NCBI GenBank assembly: GCA_046538485.1
Contig: JBKHIT010000027.1
Coordinates: 1-61,090 of the forward strand
Length of the DNA: 61,090 nucleotides
From: Candidatus Brocadiia bacterium
Lineage (GTDB): Bacteria > Planctomycetota > Brocadiia > SM23-32
Reading direction: 5' to 3'
The notes beneath the pieces were generated by a model, which made no database searches, had not been told where the DNA came from, and saw only the letters and a program-made list of their open reading frames with translations. Below are positions 19,569 through 30,767 of this stretch, one piece after another; position 1 is the stretch's first letter; every line of letters starts with the position of its first letter. Both the position numbers and the translations under genes were made by a program.

Positions 19569-21626
19569 TTAACCTGCGGACGCAGCTCCCACCAGCCTCG
19601 CGCAACTCAGGTATTCAATCTCAGTAACGCTGAATTCGCACACCCCGCTGTCGTAGTCGAACGGTATCTCTTCGCCTTTAGGTTCGAGCACGACTTTTTC
19701 GACATTCTCGCAGCGGACCCGGCAGGTGATATCCGTGGCTGGATCGGGTTTTTCGACAGCAGCGATGGCCGATTGACCGCCCTGGTGGCCGAGAGCGTAG
19801 TGAATGAGGTTCAGAAGAAGATCGTTTTCTTTTTGCATGAGATTGGTTTCGACCAATGCGGTTCCATCGATATCAACGGGAGTCTCGGGATCGACATATC
19901 GGATGAGCGCTTCCATAAACTGGCGCAGCCAGTGGTGGTTTGTCTGCCAGTAAATGTCGAATATTGATGCGGCGACATATACTGCTTTCCCGCCTCCGTC
20001 TTCATTAACGCTCGCGAAGGGGAACGGACTGCGTTGCCGGGAAGCTGGCGAATAACGCGAGCGGAATTCTTTTATCCCCCCCTGTCGTTCGGCCATCGGG
20101 TAGAAAAGAGCTGCCAGTTCGCGTGCGGTGGTGAGCCGTGTTTTGAACGCCTGACCGCGGACCTGAAGGGGGATATCGGCCGTTTTGCCTTTTACTTCTG
20201 CGGCGGGAGAAAAATGGCAGGTGCTGAAACTGAGGGGCTCGATGTACTGGAGGCCGAAGGTCTTTTCGAGTTCGAAAGTTTTGCCATTAATGAGCGCCTT
20301 TCCGATTGCGATCACCGTGCCGCCCTGTTTGATAAAGTCGTTCAGTTTTTCGATCGTTTCGCGGCGGTATCCTGTCGGCTCGGGCAAAATAATGGTCTGG
20401 AATCGAGACAGATCATCTGCCAGGAGGCTGTAGACGATATCGCACTGGATGTGGCTTTCAATGAGCATTTTGTGGGCACCGCGCCAGGGGCCATAATGGT
20501 GCCAGTCTCCACGACAATTGTCGCAGGCGGCTGCGTGCATCGGAAGTTCCGGATCAGGGGTTGGGAGCAGCACGGCGGTATGGGGCAGGGATTCAGCGTC
20601 TTTGAACAGGTCTTCTCGTTTTTCGACAAAACCGAACGCTTTGTCGAACATTTCGTAGACCGGTGGCTGCAGCGTGCCATCGACATTAACCTGATCTCCT
20701 GAGACGGCGGGCGCGCCATTGCCGATCATCGCAGCGAATTCAGTCGTCATCTGCGCTGCTGGTTTCAGCGTGAGGTCGCCCCAGCCCTGGTAAAATCGTA
20801 CGGACATAACCTGGACATCAACGGTATCGTTGCGAGCGGTGTGCGCCGCGAAACTGTGTCCGAGGTAATCGCCCGGGCGAGGTTGGGATTCCCAGCATCC
20901 GATTTCACAGAGATTTTTGATATTGAGGGACATCGCAGAACTGCCAACACGGTTCATGGCGACAACAAGTTCCGGATTGTGTTTGTCGATGATAGCGCGG
21001 ACCTCTTTGAGATAATCTTCGACGGTGCGCATCGTGAGACGGTTGAGCAAATCGGTCGGCATATTCGGGCTGATTTCTTTCCCCAGTTCTTGCTTCCATT
21101 TGCGCTGGCAATGGGAACAGAAGCACGGTTTTTCCCCACCCAGCGGGAGCGGTATATCGAGCCAGAAACCGTCGACAGGGTATTGGGCGATTTCCGCCAG
21201 TTGCGGCATAACCAGTTCGTCTTTATACGGGCTATTCATGCACATGCAGGCCCAGAAAGTGCCGTCTCCATATGTGTTGCCTTCGCCGTCCTTGAAGCGC
21301 CAATCGGGATTAGCGTCCCAGGCTCTTTTGTCCACACAGAGGGAGTAGTATGCGAGTGTTTTAATGTCTCTTCGGCGGCATTCAGCGGCCGCGCTTTTAA
21401 GAAAATCCTGTTCGAGCCCGGCGTGTTTATGTCCCACTTTCGTGTCATAGAAAGAATTTCCGAAATGGCATTTCGAAAACAGGGCCACCATATTTACGCG
21501 GCCGCGCTCCAGATAATCGACGAATTTTTCTGGGTCGTAGTTGACGATGGCGCCTTCAGGGAATTCAGGCATATGGAAGTCCATATGGACCTGACGCATG
21601 TGATCACGAAACCAGGGGCAATGCAT
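19569..21626 (-). CDS. Putative glycoside hydrolase (alpha-fucosidase/GHL6-like barrel plus beta-galactosidase trimerization-like domain)
   Basis: HMDFH, FSKCHFGNSFYDTKVG, CMNSPY, YPVDGFWLD, FIKQGGTVIA. Confidence 0.75.
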   Translation of the reverse strand: MHCPWFRDHMRQVHMDFHMPEFPEGAIVNYDPEKFVDYLERGRVNMVALFSKCHFGNSFYDTKVGHKHAGLEQDFLKSAAAECRRRDIKTLAYYSLCVDKRAWDANPDWRFKDGEGNTYGDGTFWACMCMNSPYKDELVMPQLAEIAQYPVDGFWLDIPLPLGGEKPCFCSHCQRKWKQELGKEISPNMPTDLLNRLTMRTVEDYLKEVRAIIDKHNPELVVAMNRVGSSAMSLNIKNLCEIGCWESQPRPGDYLGHSFAAHTARNDTVDVQVMSVRFYQGWGDLTLKPAAQMTTEFAAMIGNGAPAVSGDQVNVDGTLQPPVYEMFDKAFGFVEKREDLFKDAESLPHTAVLLPTPDPELPMHAAACDNCRGDWHHYGPWRGAHKMLIESHIQCDIVYSLLADDLSRFQTIILPEPTGYRRETIEKLNDFIKQGGTVIAIGKALINGKTFELEKTFGLQYIEPLSFSTCHFSPAAEVKGKTADIPLQVRGQAFKTRLTTARELAALFYPMAERQGGIKEFRSRYSPASRQRSPFPFASVNEDGGGKAVYVAASIFDIYWQTNHHWLRQFMEALIRYVDPETPVDIDGTALVETNLMQKENDLLLNLIHYALGHQGGQSAIAAVEKPDPATDITCRVRCENVEKVVLEPKGEEIPFDYDSGVCEFSVTEIEYLSCARLVGAASAG

Positions 21627-21674
21627 GGATCAATCTCCTTTCCGGAGGGATGAGGCGAGTTTGAAAGCGGATAG

Positions 21675-21917
21675 CCCGGATATTTCAAGCGTCGCCAGTG
21701 CCGGAGATGCGCGGAAGGCAAACGCAGGAGTGTTCTTACACTTCAAAAACAGCCTGACAGAGCAGAGACGGTGCTGGCGACGCTCCCGGAGGGTGAATCC
21801 TTTCTTTTGAGCCGAAGTACACCCTGTGCCAATGAGAAATGTCGAAAAACTGCATCTAAGTCGCTTTCATCCGTGTCGTTATAACAATTATGCCGTTGGA
21901 TTCATGAAATATCCGGG
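21675..21917. mobile_element. 243-bp IS1380-like MITE
   Basis: Perfect 13-bp TIR CCCGGATATTTCA; 4-bp TSD ATAG (21671-21674, 21918-21921); no transposase ORF. Confidence 0.75.
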
Positions 21918-22032
21918 ATAGTCTCCACGGCCTGGCGAAAAGGGTACAAAAAGTGCAGAAAAATCCAGCGTCCAGAGTCTGAATAGTAATGTTGTCTGTT
22001 CAAAGCGTCAAGGGGTCAGAAAAGTTTTCCTT

Positions 22033-22060
22033 TTGACAAGGAACAGGATGTGCCTATAAT
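22033..22060 (+). promoter_or_regulatory. Consensus sigma70-type promoter
   Basis: TTGACA-16 nt-TATAAT about 150 bp upstream of the 22208 operon. Confidence 0.75.
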
Positions 22061-22207
22061 TACGGTCCCTGCAACCTGATGCCCGACGGGTCAGGCAAAT
22101 GCGGTAAGTGGTTGTTTGATTTGGAACTGTGTGAGTATGGCGTAGCGGTTTTTATCCGGCCGCGCTGGAACCGATAAATATACCGGTCGATTTGAGAAAA
22201 AGAGGCG

Positions 22208-25200
22208 ATGAAGCGCAAATTTGACCCCGTTTTTGTTGCGATTCTGTCCACTGCGTTGGCGCTATTGGTGCCGTGCGTATCGGCCCTGGGCGCCGGCGGC
22301 ATGGAGGAGCAGGTTCTACGCGATTTTCGGGACATTAATCCGACCCGCCATATAGAACGGTTATCATCGCTACCAAGTCGTTTTACGGGGTATGCGGGAT
22401 GCAGCGAGGCGGAGAAATACGTTCATGACAGGTATGAATCGCTCGGGCTTGCTAATATTCGTCGGGAGCCCTTTCAGATAATCATTCCTGTCGATAAGGG
22501 AGTGGGGAAGATCAGGGTGCAGAGCCTTGGGGGCGAAGAGGTCGAAGCGCCTGTCTATTGTTTTCGCCCAAATTCGGTTCGATCTCCTAAAACGCCTGAG
22601 AGCGGTATTAGGGGACAACTAATCTGGGGGGGGCAGGGATATTTGCGCAATTTTAACCATAAGGACGTGATGGGCAGCATTGTCCTGATGGAGTTCAACA
22701 CGGCCAGCCGCTGGCTCAATGCGGCCAAGCTTGGTGCGAAGGCGATTGTCTTTGTTGAACCTCGTCATGCTTTTCGGAATGACGCTGAACAGAAATACAG
22801 CTCGATTCCTATACCGATTCCTCGTTACTACATTCAGCGTGAACATCTGCCAAAGATTGCCGGGGCTCTGCTCAAGCAAGAAAACAGTGAGCTTGGGTCG
22901 GCGGAGGCGTTGAAGGAATTGGCGCGGCTTGGAGAGCCGGGCGCCAAAGAGGGTTTGAGGGCAAGGGCAAGAGTTTTTGCGGACATGGTGTGGGAAGAGA
23001 AAACCGTTTACATGGTTTCGGGCGAGATCCCCGGAACCGATCCCGAATTGGCTCGGCAGACACTTGTGTGTCACTCTTACTACGATAGTACTTCTGTCGT
23101 GCCCGCTTTGAGTCCGGGTGCGGAGAGCGCGTGCGGAATTGCATCTCAAATTGAAATTGCACGTTTCCTCACGAAACATCCCCCGCGCCGGACAGTGAAG
23201 TTTCTCGCCACTCCGGGTCATTTCCAGGCTCTTGCAGGAGTCCGTCAGTACGCTTTTGAGGAAGTGTATTCGCATCGAAAAGGAATAGCAAAAACTGAAG
23301 AAGAGGCACGTGCAGGAGAGCCGCATTTCTTTATTGGACTCGATATTTCCAGCCGGCATAATTCCATGGCGGGTTTCTATAAGGGGCATTTTTACGATCA
23401 GAACGGGGAAGACAATGAAATTAAACTTCAACGCCTCTATTCTGATTACAGTGATCTTCTCCTGGATTGGGCGGGCAAGATTGCCGGGCCGGGGCGGCTT
23501 GCGCCGAACCTTGTTTTTCAGAGTGGAATTGTCCCGCAACATGGCCGACGCTGGCGTGCTCTTCTGCCGGGACTTGTTGCGTTCGACGCTGAGGTCTTGT
23601 CTCTGTGCGGTCGCCCTTCTATCACATTGGCTACAACCGGAGATCCCCGGAATGCTGTTAATACTCCGGCCGACACGTTCGAGAATATTTCACCGTTTCT
23701 CAATAATGTAAAAGATCAGGCTCAGGCAAGTGCTTTTATTATTAAGAAAACCGCCGATATTGCTTCCATTCCGCTTAATGATACATTGAAACTCGGCAGG
23801 GTCGGGAGCATCTTTGGGCGTGCTATTGAGCAAACTTTGACGGCCTATGTGCCCACCGTAAATGTGCCGGATGCCGTTATCGGGGTCCCTCTCAGTGACA
23901 ATCGCAGTATGTTAGGGGTCAGTGGCCAAACGTACGCACGCAGTGATGTCCAGGGGCTGTTTGAGGTCTTTGGCGCAAAAACGACGGCGAATATCCCGGT
24001 TGACGGATTTAAAGTTTTGCCCAGCGAAGGTTCGATCCAGGCGATTGCCAAGCGTGGTTTAGTTAAACCTTCCGCGCGAGTGCGAGACGAATGGGAGCTG
24101 CGGAAGACGGACCTGCGATTGAACTTTTTCGAATGCGCGAGCACGACCATTTTCGATCTTGTAGAACCCTTAAGATTCCAGATGATAGATGGTGCTTCTG
24201 CTCTGCGGGCCGAAGCTGATAGTGAAGTCCGGAGTGAAAAACTCGTCGTCTACACGGGGAAACCCGCCCAAAGCAGTTCATATACGCAGCCGATTGCGGT
24301 GGTATTTACGAATCTGGATAGGAAGAAGAAATTCAAGTTTTTGCTTTCGGGCAAGGGTGTCCTTTTGAACGTGCCTGTTCCGCTTGATAAGAAGCAGTCT
24401 GTTGTCAGAGGGCGGGGGCTGAGCAGCGTGCTGGGATCTGGGCTCGGAGAAGGTGAGGGGGGAACGGGTGAGAGCAGGTATACCAGCAAGGAAAACGAGG
24501 AGATTACTCCGGAAGATTTGTTTGAAGGGCAGGGGTTCAAAGCGGACCAACCCGAAAATTACATCTACTATTCAGCGCTACAAAGTGCTCTGGATATGCA
24601 TCTGCTGGATTACTTTCGCCTCTATAATCTTGAGCAGACGGCGATCAGCAAAAAGAATCTCAAAGATCTCCACGCGGAGAGTCAGAAGCATCTGAATGAA
24701 GCACTCAAGGCGAAAGAAAAAGGTCTTTACGATAAGGCTTACCGACATACTCGACTGGCACAGTCGCTGGAGTTGCGCGTTTATCCCGATGTTAAAGATA
24801 CTGCGCACGACGTTGTGAGGGGGGTCGTCTTTTATTTCGCGCTTCTCTTGCCGTTTGTCATTTTTATTGAGCGATTACTGATCAATTACGTCGATATCCG
24901 CAAGAAACTCGTGGCAATCGCAGGCTTGTTTGCCATATCGTATCTCGTCCTGCGTCTGGTGCATCCGGCGTTTCGGCTTTCCAAAACGCCGATTATTATC
25001 CTTGATGGGTTCTTTATGTTGGTGGCTTCGATCTGGACGATTGCATATTTGATTATGAAGTTTCAGACGGTTATGGAGCATATTCGGCAGCACATTGATA
25101 CTATTCACCGCGCAGATGTGGCTCGGGCAAGCGCGGCTATGGCGGCTTTTATCCTCGGCATTTCGAATATGCGCAAGCGCAAGATAAGAACGATGCTGAC

Positions 25201-27055
25201 CGCGCTGACTCTCATTCTTCTTACATTTACAATCCTGTCCTTTACCAGTTTTGAAACGATGCCGGATCGTCTGCTCCAACATGACATCGGGAAGGAAGCT
25301 CCTTATACGGGATTGCTACTGCGGCAGCTTTCGTGGTCACCTTTTTCAGAGTTTGGCGCCTACGATGCGATGAACCATTTCCTGACGGAAGGGTATATCG
25401 TTTCCCCGCGGTCCTGGTTCACAAGCCGGAAAAAAACGGAGGAATTGAAACTTGAGATAACGCGTGTTGAAAAAGATTCCGGTGGAGGATCGCAAAAGCG
25501 TGCAGAAGTCGCGGTTGCTTCAGCTATGGTGGGTATGGCTCCGCAGGAAAGGCTTTTTTCCGGAGTTGATAAGTATGTAAGGTATGGCCGGTGGTTCCCC
25601 GGGTTTGAAGAACGGACAGAAGATGTCGATTGGCCGTTCGTTTGCTTATTACCTTCCGGGATACGCGAAAACCTCCGTATTGAACCTGGTGAGATAGAAA
25701 AAGGAACGGTGAAAGTGAGTGTTCTGGGACGCCAGCTTCGTGTTATTGGCATTATCGGAACCAGGGGAAAAGTGGATGGAAAGACTTTCTTCCAGCAGGA
25801 AGATCTGGACGAAGAACCGCTCACCCCTGTGGATTTTGTCGAAAGTAGTTTTCGCCAGATGGGAGGCGGCGGCAAGGGCGGGGTCGGACCGGCATTTTCC
25901 GCAACAGGGGAGATGGAAGCCCAGGAGTTTATCTCCCGCAGTCAGAAACAAGATGAAGAAAGTATGTATGTGCATATGGATCCCGATCGCGTGCTTTTTG
26001 TCCCCCATGAGCTTTGCCTGAAGCTCGGCGGTACCATCCGCAGCATCGCAATGGGACCTGTGGCGGATGAAGAAAAAATCATCATGCGTGATTTTTCTCC
26101 CGCGATAAAGCAGTTTGCGAGCCGGACAAATATGCCTCTTTATGTCGGGATTGATGGGCGGATTCAACGGTTAGCAACCCGCCCGAGCTTGAGTATGGGC
26201 GGCTTGCAGGGATTGATTGTACCGATTATGATTGCCGCTTTGATCGTGTTCAACACGATGCTCGGCGCAGTTTACGAACGTGTGACGGAGATTAAGGTTT
26301 ACGCGGCCGTCGGGCTCGCGCCGATTCATATTGCGGCGTTATTCTTCGCGGAAAGCTGCGTTTTTGCCGTGGTAGGAGCGATGATGGGTTACTTGCTCGG
26401 ACAGGTCGTTAGTTTCGGTCTGATGAATTTTGAATGGCTTACCGAGGGGATTTCTTTGAATTATAGCAGTATCAGCGCCGTCTGGTCGGCATTGCTCGTG
26501 ATGCTGGTGGTCATTGGCTCCACCGCTTACCCGGCCCGAATGGCAGGGAAGTTGAGTGTGCCTGATGAGACCCGAAAAATGCAGATTCCCAAACCGACCA
26601 GTGACGTGTGGGAGATCCGGTTTCCGTTCACCGTCAGTTCCCGCGAGGCCATGGGGGTGATGTCATATCTCAGAGAATACTTCGCCAGTAACGACGAGGA
26701 TTCAGTCGGCGCGTTTACTGCCGACAATATCGATTTGCACGAGGAGTTGCAGCAAGACCTGCGTGTCATTGTTATGGAAGCCGATGTCTGGGTGGCTCCC
26801 CTCGATATGGGGATCAGCCAGCATGTGCGAATTGCTTCGGTGCCCGATGAGGAAGAGCCGGATATTACTTACCTGTTCTTTACGATTACGCGAAAGAGCG
26901 GCGAATTTGCGACCTGGCACCGGATGAACATTGGCTTCTTGAAAGATCTGCGTAAACAACTGCTGATCTGGCGGCTTGTGACGCCGGAGGAGAAAAAACG
27001 TCTGACCCAAGAAGGTGAAGCTCTGCTCGGGTCAGATGAAGGAAAGACCGCGTGA
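22208..27055 (+). CDS. 1615-aa fusion: degenerate M28 peptidase/PA domain + TM bundle + MacB/FtsX-type permease
   Basis: Signal peptide; SRFTGYAG, PA-like GSIVLM, SYYDS..PGAE; NMRKRKIRTMLT; NTMLGAVYERVTEIKVYAAVGL; YPARMA. Confidence 0.8.
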   Translation: MKRKFDPVFVAILSTALALLVPCVSALGAGGMEEQVLRDFRDINPTRHIERLSSLPSRFTGYAGCSEAEKYVHDRYESLGLANIRREPFQIIIPVDKGVGKIRVQSLGGEEVEAPVYCFRPNSVRSPKTPESGIRGQLIWGGQGYLRNFNHKDVMGSIVLMEFNTASRWLNAAKLGAKAIVFVEPRHAFRNDAEQKYSSIPIPIPRYYIQREHLPKIAGALLKQENSELGSAEALKELARLGEPGAKEGLRARARVFADMVWEEKTVYMVSGEIPGTDPELARQTLVCHSYYDSTSVVPALSPGAESACGIASQIEIARFLTKHPPRRTVKFLATPGHFQALAGVRQYAFEEVYSHRKGIAKTEEEARAGEPHFFIGLDISSRHNSMAGFYKGHFYDQNGEDNEIKLQRLYSDYSDLLLDWAGKIAGPGRLAPNLVFQSGIVPQHGRRWRALLPGLVAFDAEVLSLCGRPSITLATTGDPRNAVNTPADTFENISPFLNNVKDQAQASAFIIKKTADIASIPLNDTLKLGRVGSIFGRAIEQTLTAYVPTVNVPDAVIGVPLSDNRSMLGVSGQTYARSDVQGLFEVFGAKTTANIPVDGFKVLPSEGSIQAIAKRGLVKPSARVRDEWELRKTDLRLNFFECASTTIFDLVEPLRFQMIDGASALRAEADSEVRSEKLVVYTGKPAQSSSYTQPIAVVFTNLDRKKKFKFLLSGKGVLLNVPVPLDKKQSVVRGRGLSSVLGSGLGEGEGGTGESRYTSKENEEITPEDLFEGQGFKADQPENYIYYSALQSALDMHLLDYFRLYNLEQTAISKKNLKDLHAESQKHLNEALKAKEKGLYDKAYRHTRLAQSLELRVYPDVKDTAHDVVRGVVFYFALLLPFVIFIERLLINYVDIRKKLVAIAGLFAISYLVLRLVHPAFRLSKTPIIILDGFFMLVASIWTIAYLIMKFQTVMEHIRQHIDTIHRADVARASAAMAAFILGISNMRKRKIRTMLTALTLILLTFTILSFTSFETMPDRLLQHDIGKEAPYTGLLLRQLSWSPFSEFGAYDAMNHFLTEGYIVSPRSWFTSRKKTEELKLEITRVEKDSGGGSQKRAEVAVASAMVGMAPQERLFSGVDKYVRYGRWFPGFEERTEDVDWPFVCLLPSGIRENLRIEPGEIEKGTVKVSVLGRQLRVIGIIGTRGKVDGKTFFQQEDLDEEPLTPVDFVESSFRQMGGGGKGGVGPAFSATGEMEAQEFISRSQKQDEESMYVHMDPDRVLFVPHELCLKLGGTIRSIAMGPVADEEKIIMRDFSPAIKQFASRTNMPLYVGIDGRIQRLATRPSLSMGGLQGLIVPIMIAALIVFNTMLGAVYERVTEIKVYAAVGLAPIHIAALFFAESCVFAVVGAMMGYLLGQVVSFGLMNFEWLTEGISLNYSSISAVWSALLVMLVVIGSTAYPARMAGKLSVPDETRKMQIPKPTSDVWEIRFPFTVSSREAMGVMSYLREYFASNDEDSVGAFTADNIDLHEELQQDLRVIVMEADVWVAPLDMGISQHVRIASVPDEEEPDITYLFFTITRKSGEFATWHRMNIGFLKDLRKQLLIWRLVTPEEKKRLTQEGEALLGSDEGKTA

Positions 27056-27120
27056 TGGCGGGTGGAATTTCCCGTTGAAAGGACCGGTCTCCCGGTTCTC
27101 AGGAGGAAAAACGACGAGCG

Positions 27121-29076
27121 ATGGCGACTGAAGAATATCTGGAAATCAGAGCCGATCAGGAAGAACCCACGGAGTACAAAGATGGGTTCGGCCTGAAAGC
27201 CATTCTGGGCGGCTTGTTCGTCGCATTTCTGGTTGTGCCGGGCTCAATGTTCATGTTTTTGATGCTCGGCCAGCGGCTGACCCAGGCCGCCATCTGGGTC
27301 ACGCTGATTATTATGCTGGAAATCACGAAACGCTGTCGGTCCACGCTCACCCGCCAGGAAATGTTCGTTATCCATAGCGTGACCGCCGGAATGCTGGCCG
27401 CAGGGATCGGCCGTTTCTATAATTTTATCTGGATGCAGTATTTTGTCCGAAGTGATGCTGCTATCCAGTTCGGGGTGGTTGACCGGCTTCCTTTCTGGGT
27501 CGCTCCGCCGCCCGATAGTGCTGCGTATCTGCAGAGAAATTTGCTTCACCCCGACTGGTGGCCGATGATTGCACTGATGGCCATCGGGATCCTGTGGAGT
27601 CGGATCAGCTTTTTCTCTCTCGGATATGCTCTTTTCCGCATCACCAGCGACGCCGAAAAGCTTCCTTTTCCCCTCGCCCCGATCGCCGCAAAAGGAATCA
27701 CGGCTCTGGCCGAGAGCGAAGAGGAAAGCTGGCGCTGGCGATGTTTCTCTATCGGTTCCACGGTGGGTATCGCGTTCGGCTTGATATACGTGGCGATACC
27801 AACTTTGACGGGGGTGTTTCTGAAGAAACCACTGTACCTGCTCCCCGTCCCATTTTACGACTTTACAACCAAAATGCAGGAGGTGAAATGGCTCAGAGCC
27901 GTGCCTCTTGCTCTGAACACCAACCTCCACCAGATTTTCATCGGATTCGTGCTTCCTTTCTGGATGGTTGTGGCCAGTTTCGTGGCTGGCGTGCTCGGGC
28001 GTCTTGTCCTCAACCCGATCCTGTTTCGTGCGGGGGTTCTCCAACGGTGGGAACCGGGGATGGACTACATCGAGACAGGCGTGGCGAACCGGTTTGACTT
28101 CTGGCTCAGTTTCCAAATCGGGACAGCCCTGGCGATCGCTATACTCGGGTTCTATCAGGCGTTCCGCGGGATGCTTAATGCCAGAAAGGAAGGGAAAGAT
28201 AAGGGGGTAAGGCTGCTGGCGCCCCCCAAGGGCCGTGGTGACATTCCGATTTCAATTTCGCTTCTGTTCTACGTCGCTCAGACTTCCTGGACCATTCTGC
28301 TGGCCCATTGGTTGGTGCCCAAATTTCCCGTCTGGATCATGATGGTTTTCGGATTCGGCTATACTCCGATTATGTCCTACGTCCACGCGCGCCTGCTTGG
28401 ACTCACCGGACATCGGGTGGGGATTCCTTATGCGCGACAAGCAACTTTTATCCTCAGTGGTTACAAAGGAGTGGATATATGGCGCGCGCCGATTCCAATC
28501 AGCGGTGGGTCCGGTGGAGGTGCGCAACAGTTCCGCCAGATTGAACTGACGGGGACGAAGTTTACCAGTATTTATAAAGCCCAGTTCTTTGTGATCCCCG
28601 TGTCGATTGTTGTTAGTTTGTTATTCTGGTCGTTCATTTACAGGATGAGCGATGTCCCCGAGGATTACCCCTACGCAATGCGATTTTGGCCACGGGATGC
28701 GGTCATGCGGGCGTTCTGGATGACTGCGACGACAAGCGGGAATGCTTTTTTCCTGGAAGCCTTTAAGCTGCGATTCGTCGGCATGGGATTGGCCTACGGT
28801 GTGGTGGCGTATCCCATATTGCGCATATTGGGAGCACCGACGCTGTTGCTTTATGGAACTATTCGCGGATTGGCCGGCGACCCGATCGATGCTGTCCCCG
28901 AACTGACCGCGGCGCTCATTGGGCGTTTCTATATGGCTCGAATTTTTGGGAAGCGACGGTGGAACAATTTCACGCCTGTTCTCGCGGCTGGTTTTGGATG
29001 TGGTATCGGTCTGGTGGGAATGGTCTCGATGGGAATGCGCCTTATTTCCAGTGCGGTGACGATGCTGCCGTTCTAA
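27121..29076 (+). CDS. OPT-like multi-pass membrane transporter
   Basis: Many TM helices; LTRQE and EKLPFPLAPIAA motifs reminiscent of the OPT family. Confidence 0.7.
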   Translation: MATEEYLEIRADQEEPTEYKDGFGLKAILGGLFVAFLVVPGSMFMFLMLGQRLTQAAIWVTLIIMLEITKRCRSTLTRQEMFVIHSVTAGMLAAGIGRFYNFIWMQYFVRSDAAIQFGVVDRLPFWVAPPPDSAAYLQRNLLHPDWWPMIALMAIGILWSRISFFSLGYALFRITSDAEKLPFPLAPIAAKGITALAESEEESWRWRCFSIGSTVGIAFGLIYVAIPTLTGVFLKKPLYLLPVPFYDFTTKMQEVKWLRAVPLALNTNLHQIFIGFVLPFWMVVASFVAGVLGRLVLNPILFRAGVLQRWEPGMDYIETGVANRFDFWLSFQIGTALAIAILGFYQAFRGMLNARKEGKDKGVRLLAPPKGRGDIPISISLLFYVAQTSWTILLAHWLVPKFPVWIMMVFGFGYTPIMSYVHARLLGLTGHRVGIPYARQATFILSGYKGVDIWRAPIPISGGSGGGAQQFRQIELTGTKFTSIYKAQFFVIPVSIVVSLLFWSFIYRMSDVPEDYPYAMRFWPRDAVMRAFWMTATTSGNAFFLEAFKLRFVGMGLAYGVVAYPILRILGAPTLLLYGTIRGLAGDPIDAVPELTAALIGRFYMARIFGKRRWNNFTPVLAAGFGCGIGLVGMVSMGMRLISSAVTMLPF

Positions 29077-29122
29077 ATTTCCGAGGAATTTGTTTTTGTG
29101 CTAATGTGTTAAGGCCTGAAGG

Positions 29123-30748
29123 ATGAACGAAAAACCAACAGAACAGCCTTCGGATCAGCAATCCATGGATATGCCGGATGCCGAGGATCCAGAGACGCTG
29201 CGCCGAGAGGTGGAGATTGAAACAGGGGCACTTCTCCCGAAGTGGCTGTTTGTCACAATCTGGATTGTGTTCGGGGGTTGGTCTATATTCGCGCTTTCTT
29301 GGATGGGGTACTCGATTTATATACAGCGAAATACCCTGCATTTCCTTAGCTTGGTGCGGGGGCCGTGGGAAGATGAGATCCCGGAGATGGACTCCGAGGT
29401 TATCGAAAAAGGCGTTAATTTTATGATGCAAAAGCCGCGGCAAAGTCTATTATACGTGATACAGGAATTGCTCCGGGAAAAACATAAGGACCCACGAATG
29501 GAACGGGCCATCGTTCTGCGGAAAGCAATTGATTGGGGGGGGGAGTCCAAACGTCGCGCTTTGTTCAAAGTCCTGTTGGAGAACATTTCCGATGAAGGCG
29601 AATTCCCACCGAATTATGAATTGAGCGATGAAAATAAAAAGATTCTCCAGCGTCTCGTGAAAGAACGTGTGCTGGGGGCGTTTCTTAAAGATGTGGATCT
29701 GGCCCATAAGCTGCTCTATGAGCCGACGAAAGAGTGGGGCTTTTCCAGGCCGCGAATGAAGCTATTCAAAAGTCTGGTGGAAAATCTGGATCTCGATGGG
29801 GACTTTGTCGAAGGTTACGAAGTGCCTGAAGAATTGAAAGATACCCTCGCGGCTGTGCAGAAAGAAAATGCCGCACGTTATACGAAGAGCTACGAAGGCC
29901 AGAAAATCACAGAAGTTTTTCAATGGATCGCAAGAGGGCATAAAACGCGGCCGGAAGGTCCGGAAAAGAGGAGGATCCATGCACTCCTTTCAACATACGA
30001 AAAACACTTGTTCCGCGATTCAGAAAAAGAAGTGCTGCTGGAGCTTTCGGAGAAATGGGGTAATAGTAAGGAAACGCTGAAACGGGATATAGCTGCCAAT
30101 TTTAAGCGAATACTGAATGACGAGCCTGCCGTCCTGACCCGGGAGCAAGAAAAACAGTGCGAGCAGGCCGCTCAAGAATGGGAAAACTTGTATCAAAAGG
30201 GTCGGCGACGGCTTTGCGCTCTTGAACTGAAGTTCGTGCGTTATATCGAAGAACATGAGCCGGTCCAGGGGATTATGATTCTCACAGGAGAATCCCTCGA
30301 CCATCCCGAAATGTGGGATATGGTCCAGCTTCTGGATGAACCATATCCCGGTGCGCGAGAACAACTGCGTGATGCAGTGTTTCGACTGCGGAAGCATAAG
30401 TATATTTTGATCTACCTCAAGCAATTTATTCGAAAAGATTCAATCAACCCGGTGATGGCTGTGGAGACCGCCCGTATGACTCAGGACGAACATGAAGCAC
30501 TATTGCGCCGGGAGAATTACCGCCGCCGTCTCGCCTGTATTGCCGTTGTGGGAAGAATCGTCAGGGATTACTGCAAACAGCCGTTCGACATAAAAGGTGT
30601 GGATTTGAACCGGGCAGAACAAAGAAAATACTTCAAGGAACGGACAGTCAGAGCTCTCGAAAGTGTTGTTGAAGATCGCCGGGTTGGAGAAGCCGCTCAA
30701 AAAGAGCTTCAGAAGATCAAAGCTGTCTGCCCAGAAATCGTCGACTGA
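29123..30748 (+). CDS. Hypothetical single-TM, helical/charged protein
   Basis: 541-aa ORF 46 bp after the transporter; one N-terminal TM segment. Confidence 0.7.
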   Translation: MNEKPTEQPSDQQSMDMPDAEDPETLRREVEIETGALLPKWLFVTIWIVFGGWSIFALSWMGYSIYIQRNTLHFLSLVRGPWEDEIPEMDSEVIEKGVNFMMQKPRQSLLYVIQELLREKHKDPRMERAIVLRKAIDWGGESKRRALFKVLLENISDEGEFPPNYELSDENKKILQRLVKERVLGAFLKDVDLAHKLLYEPTKEWGFSRPRMKLFKSLVENLDLDGDFVEGYEVPEELKDTLAAVQKENAARYTKSYEGQKITEVFQWIARGHKTRPEGPEKRRIHALLSTYEKHLFRDSEKEVLLELSEKWGNSKETLKRDIAANFKRILNDEPAVLTREQEKQCEQAAQEWENLYQKGRRRLCALELKFVRYIEEHEPVQGIMILTGESLDHPEMWDMVQLLDEPYPGAREQLRDAVFRLRKHKYILIYLKQFIRKDSINPVMAVETARMTQDEHEALLRRENYRRRLACIAVVGRIVRDYCKQPFDIKGVDLNRAEQRKYFKERTVRALESVVEDRRVGEAAQKELQKIKAVCPEIVD

Positions 30749-30767
30749 ATTCACCCGTACAAACTTC

